A stretch of 10,448 nucleotides of DNA from Armatimonadota bacterium (GTDB lineage: Bacteria > Armatimonadota > Armatimonadia > Armatimonadales > Armatimonadaceae), in assembly GCA_043754515.1 (NCBI GenBank), contig JAYUUO010000192.1:1-10448 (forward strand). The letters are read 5' to 3'. This document shows, piece after piece, positions 6,733 through 10,448 of the stretch (the stretch's first letter is position 1; each line of letters starts with the position of its first letter). The notes under the pieces are model-generated. The model searched no databases. It saw nothing but the letters and a program-made list of their open reading frames with translations, and was not told the DNA's origin. The translations under genes and the position numbers were made by a program.

Positions 6733-7156
6733 TGAACAGTTCTAACGTGACAAATAGTGCCGAAGTGGTACTCGCCGAGGAGACGCGGGTGATCCCCATC
6801 GTCGCCGAGAAACGCACGGTCGGCAAGCGCGTTGAGGAGCACGGCGGCGTGCGCATCGTGAAGAGTGTGGTCACCAAAGAATTGACTACTAACGAGTCGA
6901 CAGTACATGAGTCCGCGTCGGTTGACCGGATCGCTGTCAATCGCCCCCTCGCGGTCGGCGAGGCGTTGCCCCTGGCGCGGCGCGGAGGAGACACGATGAT
7001 CTCGACGAAATTGTCGTCGCCGAGAAGCGGATCCGTCTGACGGAGGAGTTGCACATACGGCTCACATGGACGGAAGAAGCGACTTTACAGACGACCACGA
7101 TTCGGCGGGAGACGGTTCAGATGGAACCGGTCACGCCACCGGATGACTTGCGATAG
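6732..7156 (+). pseudogene. Frameshifted YsnF/AvaK (DUF2382) domain protein
   Basis: The first frame gives VIPIVAEKRTVGKRVEEHGGVRIVKSV...GDTMI. From 7001 another frame continues LDEIVVAEKRIRLTEELHIRLTWTEEATLQTTTIRRETVQME to TAG at 7154-7156. The expected I-P-V before LDE is absent. Confidence 0.8.
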
Positions 7157-7197
7157 CCGCAAGCCTAAACCAAACACAAAACACGGAGTAGATACAA

Positions 7198-8267
7198 ATG
7201 GCAAAAACCATCGTCGGACTGTTTGACACATTCTCCCATGCGCAATCCGCTGTGAACGACCTGGTAAGCGCGGGCTTCAACCGGGATGACATCTCGGTGG
7301 TCGCGAACAACGCTAAGGGCGAGTTCGGTACCCAGGACACTATCACCGGCGGCATCAACGTCGGGCAGGGTGTTGGCGACGCGGTTAAGGGTGCCGCGAA
7401 GGGTGGGCTGATGGGCGGACTTACCGGACTCGCGGCCACAGTCGGCCTCGCGCTCATCCCGGGCATTGGGCCTATCGCGGCTATCGGGCCGCTCGCCGCG
7501 TTTTTCGGCGGGGCGACCCTCGGCGTGGCCGCTGGCGGTGTGCTCGGCGGGTTGACCGGGATGGGTATTCCCGCCCATGAGGCGGAACATTACGCGGAAG
7601 GAATCCGTCGCGGTGGAACGCTCGTCACGCTACATGCCGACGATGCACGGGCCAACGAGGCGACCGCTATCCTGAACCGGTATAGTCCGGTGGATATGGA
7701 TCACCGCACGGATTACTATGCGACGACCGGCTTCACGAACCACACCGCGGATCTGCCCGCCTACACCCCGGCGCAGATTGATGAGGAGCGGACCCGCTAT
7801 TCATCGTACAAGGCCCCCGTGGCGGCTACCACCGCCAGCGCGGCGATCGGTACCGCGTCCCGCACGGTGAACGCGGGCGAGACGATGGTGGTGCCCATAG
7901 TCGAGGAGCAGATCGTGGTCGGCAAGCGTGCCGTCGAGGGCGGCGGGGTGCGCGTACACACCCGTATCGTCGAGACCCCCATGTCTGAGTCTGTTACTCT
8001 GCGCGAGGAGCAGTGACCGTGAACCGCCAGACAGTAGATCGTCCAGCGACCGCCGCCGACCTGAGCAACGCGTTCCAGAACACCACGGTCGAGCTGACCG
8101 AGCGGAGCGAAGTGCCGGTGGTAGCCAAGGAAGCCCGCGTGGTCGGCGAGGTTACCGTCGGCAAGACGGCGACCGAGCGCGTCGAGACCATCACCGATAC
8201 CGTGCGCAAAACTGATGTGCAGGTAGAGGAATTGAAGGCAACGGATGCGACGACCAGTCGGATCTAA
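7198..8267 (+). pseudogene. General stress protein (YflT/17M-like N-terminus with glycine zipper) fused to a YsnF/AvaK (DUF2382) domain, split by a 1-nt frameshift near 8012
   Basis: GGAG RBS. N-terminal motifs KTIVGLFD..AQSAVNDLVSAGF, IPGIGPIAAIGPL and GIPAHEAEHYAEGIRRGGTLVTL are followed by VVPIVEEQIVVGKR..VTLREE. The sequence GAG GAG CA GTG ACC GTG resumes in another frame as VTVNRQTVDR..ELTERSEVPVVAKEARVVGEV..DTVRKTDVQVE. It could be a split gene or a sequencing error. Confidence 0.82.
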
Positions 8268-8283
8268 TATTTGACTCACTCAT

Positions 8284-8314
8284 TGCCCCCGATTACCTGG
8301 CGTAATCGGGGGCA
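8284..8314 (+). terminator. Strong stem-loop after the stress gene cluster (likely terminator or 3' stabiliser)
   Basis: Perfect 13-bp stem TGCCCCCGATTAC-(CTGGC)-GTAATCGGGGGCA, 16 nt after the TAA at 8267. There is no clear U-tract. Confidence 0.65.
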
Positions 8315-8421
8315 CTGTCATATCTTCTGGGGAAGGTCTGGTGTAGCGAGCGCGGGGGGCACTTCTGTCGCATCGCGTCCGTCACGCCCTGATGTTTCCG
8401 CCGCGTATGGGAAAGAAAACA

Positions 8422-9714
8422 ATGCGTAGATCAATTTTTTCGGCCGCTTACTTCCTTGTCTGCTGTGGCTTGGTCGACACGGCTTTAGCGGCCCCCCCCG
8501 CCGCGACAACCAAGCCTGTCATCGCGAATAGTGGTGGCTCGTTGCCTGAGCGGGTGGGTAAGCCGACAACCGGGAAAGTGTTCGCCGCTGGTCCCATGCG
8601 GTCCCCCGACCTCGAGATCGTATTCAAGTTTAATAGCATCATGCCAGTGGGTATCGCCATCACCTCGGACGGACGTCGGTTCGTCTCCTACCCGCGCTGG
8701 GCGGACAAGGGAGACTACACCCTCGCCGAACTAAAGGATGGAAAGGAAGTGCCATACCCTTCCATCGGCGCGTTTCAGAACGGGCACAAGAGCAACCCGA
8801 TGGTCAACCTTGTATCGCTACAGGGCCTGATCGTGGACGCGAAGGACCGCCTGTGGATCCTCGACACTGGCACCGTGGACATGAAGCCGGTGCGGCCTTT
8901 CTCGCCTAAACTGGTTTGCATTGACACCAAAACCAATGCGGTCGCGAAAACAATCTTATTGCCGCCGATAGTCGCGCCGGCGGGTACCTACCTGAACGAC
9001 CTGCGTATTGACGGGCGGCGCGGGACTGGGGAAGGCATCGCATACATAACGGACAGCGGCGAGAAGTCCCCGAGCGGAATCATCTGCGTGGATTTAAAGT
9101 CGGGCAAGTCGTGGCGTCGCCTCGCGGGACAACCGTCCACCCAGCCCGACCCCGGCTTCGTCGGCAAGCCGGAGACAGGCTTACTTTACAAACGCCCGAA
9201 GCCGGGTCAGAAGGCGTCGCTCCGAATGGCGGTGGACGGCATCGCGATCAGCCCCGACGGCGAGTATTTGTACTACACCCCACTTACATCGCGCAAGTTA
9301 TACCGCATTAAGACGTCGGCTCTGGCTGACGAGAGTATTTCGGATGACGCTGTTAATCGCATGGTCGAGGATCTGGGGCCGAAAGGTGTGTCGGACGGTA
9401 TGGCGGAGGACACCGCCGGGCGCATCTACTTCACCGACTGGGAGAAGAGGGCCATCACCCGCCGCAAAACGGACGGCACTATGGAGACCGTGGTGCGCGA
9501 CGACCGGCTCCTGTGGCCCGATACGCTGGCGATAACCGGTGACGGTTACCTGTACGTGCTCTCGGATCAGTTACACCGTCAGCCCATCTACCATGAGGGC
9601 AAGGACTTACGCAACCCCCCCTACATCCTGGCGCGGATAAGGCTAGACGGCGTTAAACCGGTCCTCCTTGACGGCACCGCGGCTAACACGGCTGGTGTCG
9701 TAACGAAGCCTTAA
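8422..9714 (+). CDS. Secreted yellow/major royal jelly protein family beta-propeller (L-dopachrome tautomerase-related)
   Basis: Signal peptide (MRRSIFSAAYFLVCCGLVDTALA-A). Motifs MPVGIAITSDGRRFVSYPRW, SLQGLIVDAKDRLWILDTG, YLNDLRID, AYITDSG, DGIAISPDGEYLYY, SDGMAED, LLWPDTL and QLHRQ. Alternative in-frame ATGs at 8392 and 8407. Confidence 0.9.
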   Translation: MRRSIFSAAYFLVCCGLVDTALAAPPAATTKPVIANSGGSLPERVGKPTTGKVFAAGPMRSPDLEIVFKFNSIMPVGIAITSDGRRFVSYPRWADKGDYTLAELKDGKEVPYPSIGAFQNGHKSNPMVNLVSLQGLIVDAKDRLWILDTGTVDMKPVRPFSPKLVCIDTKTNAVAKTILLPPIVAPAGTYLNDLRIDGRRGTGEGIAYITDSGEKSPSGIICVDLKSGKSWRRLAGQPSTQPDPGFVGKPETGLLYKRPKPGQKASLRMAVDGIAISPDGEYLYYTPLTSRKLYRIKTSALADESISDDAVNRMVEDLGPKGVSDGMAEDTAGRIYFTDWEKRAITRRKTDGTMETVVRDDRLLWPDTLAITGDGYLYVLSDQLHRQPIYHEGKDLRNPPYILARIRLDGVKPVLLDGTAANTAGVVTKP

Positions 9715-9732
9715 CCAGGTAGCACGCCCCCG

Positions 9733-10448
9733 TCATGTCGCGGCGGCGAGCGCGGCGAACGTGTCCTTCAACGCCGGATAAAGCGAACGGTATACGGGGT
9801 AGTACTTTTCGTACGCGGTAACGCTCCTATCCGGCATTGTCACGTCGGTGGTGCGTATCGTCGCCGCGCACGCCTCGGGCACCGAGTTAAACCGGCGGGT
9901 CCCGACCGCCGCGAGCAACGCCGCGCCGAACGCGGGGCCTTCATCGTTGTTGACGCGGTGCAGAGGGCGTGCGACCACGTCGGCGAGGATCTGCCGCCAC
10001 AGGTCGGAACGAATGCCGCCGCCCATGACGCGCACCTCCTGGATGGAAGCCCCCGACCTTTCCAGCAGAACGATCAGGTCTTTCAGTCCGTACGAAACCC
10101 CCTCTATTACGGCCCGCGCGAACCAGTCCCGGCTCGACGTCCGTAGCGTCGCCCCGACGAACGCGCCGCGCGCCTGGGGGTCGAAATACGGGTTCCGCTC
10201 CCCGGCGAGATACGGGACGAACAGCAATCCCTCGCAACCGGGGGGGACTGACGCGGCACCGTTCGTGATCGCCTCGTAGGACATTTCGGGGGCGAAGGTG
10301 TCCCGGTACCACTCGAACGACCCCGCCGCCGAGATGACGCATCCCATTAGATGATACGCGCCCGGCACCGCGTGGCAGAACGTTTGTATCGTACGCGGAT
10401 CGAAAATCGCCTCATCAAGGTGGGCGAACACGACGCCGGAGGTGCCGA
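9733..10448 (-). CDS. xylB: Xylulokinase (FGGY carbohydrate kinase), 3' part; the gene begins beyond the window
   Basis: GTSGVVFA, TFCHAVPG, FVPYLAGERNP, ARGAFVG, RAVIEGVSYGL, GGGIRSDLWRQILADV and EGPAFGAALLA. The frame is open to the window edge. Confidence 0.9.
   Translation of the reverse strand, partial: GTSGVVFAHLDEAIFDPRTIQTFCHAVPGAYHLMGCVISAAGSFEWYRDTFAPEMSYEAITNGAASVPPGCEGLLFVPYLAGERNPYFDPQARGAFVGATLRTSSRDWFARAVIEGVSYGLKDLIVLLERSGASIQEVRVMGGGIRSDLWRQILADVVARPLHRVNNDEGPAFGAALLAAVGTRRFNSVPEACAATIRTTDVTMPDRSVTAYEKYYPVYRSLYPALKDTFAALAAAT

Noticed and set aside
1..10448. CRISPR array, IS/transposase, integrase, prophage, tRNA or rRNA
   Set aside because: I saw no regularly spaced repeats, terminal inverted repeats, recombinase motifs or cloverleaf/rRNA signatures.

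Overview
GC-rich bacterial window with no mobile element, CRISPR array, rRNA or tRNA that I can recognise. Left to right: (1) a decayed TM-CHASE3-PAS-PP2C (SpoIIE/RsbU-like) sensor phosphatase with two in-frame TAGs, no canonical start and an internal deletion; (2) a CE4 polysaccharide deacetylase lipoprotein (-); (3) a membrane-anchored CBM4/9-like protein (-); (4) an RpoD-like sigma70 factor (-) with non-canonical -10 recognition residues and an acidic tail; (5) two hypothetical genes (-) behind an apparently leaderless sigma70 promoter whose spacer holds a perfect LexA-box-like palindrome; (6) a divergent cluster (+) behind a SigB/SigF-like promoter, made of a small membrane protein and two frameshifted YsnF/AvaK (DUF2382)-type general-stress genes; (7) a secreted yellow/major royal jelly family protein (+); (8) the 3' part of xylulokinase xylB (-). 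The most interesting candidates are the putative SOS-controlled two-gene operon of unknown function next to the atypical sigma factor, the parallel decay of three general-stress genes, and a switch-like 5' leader in front of the deacetylase. All family calls come from motif recognition by eye; no searches were run.
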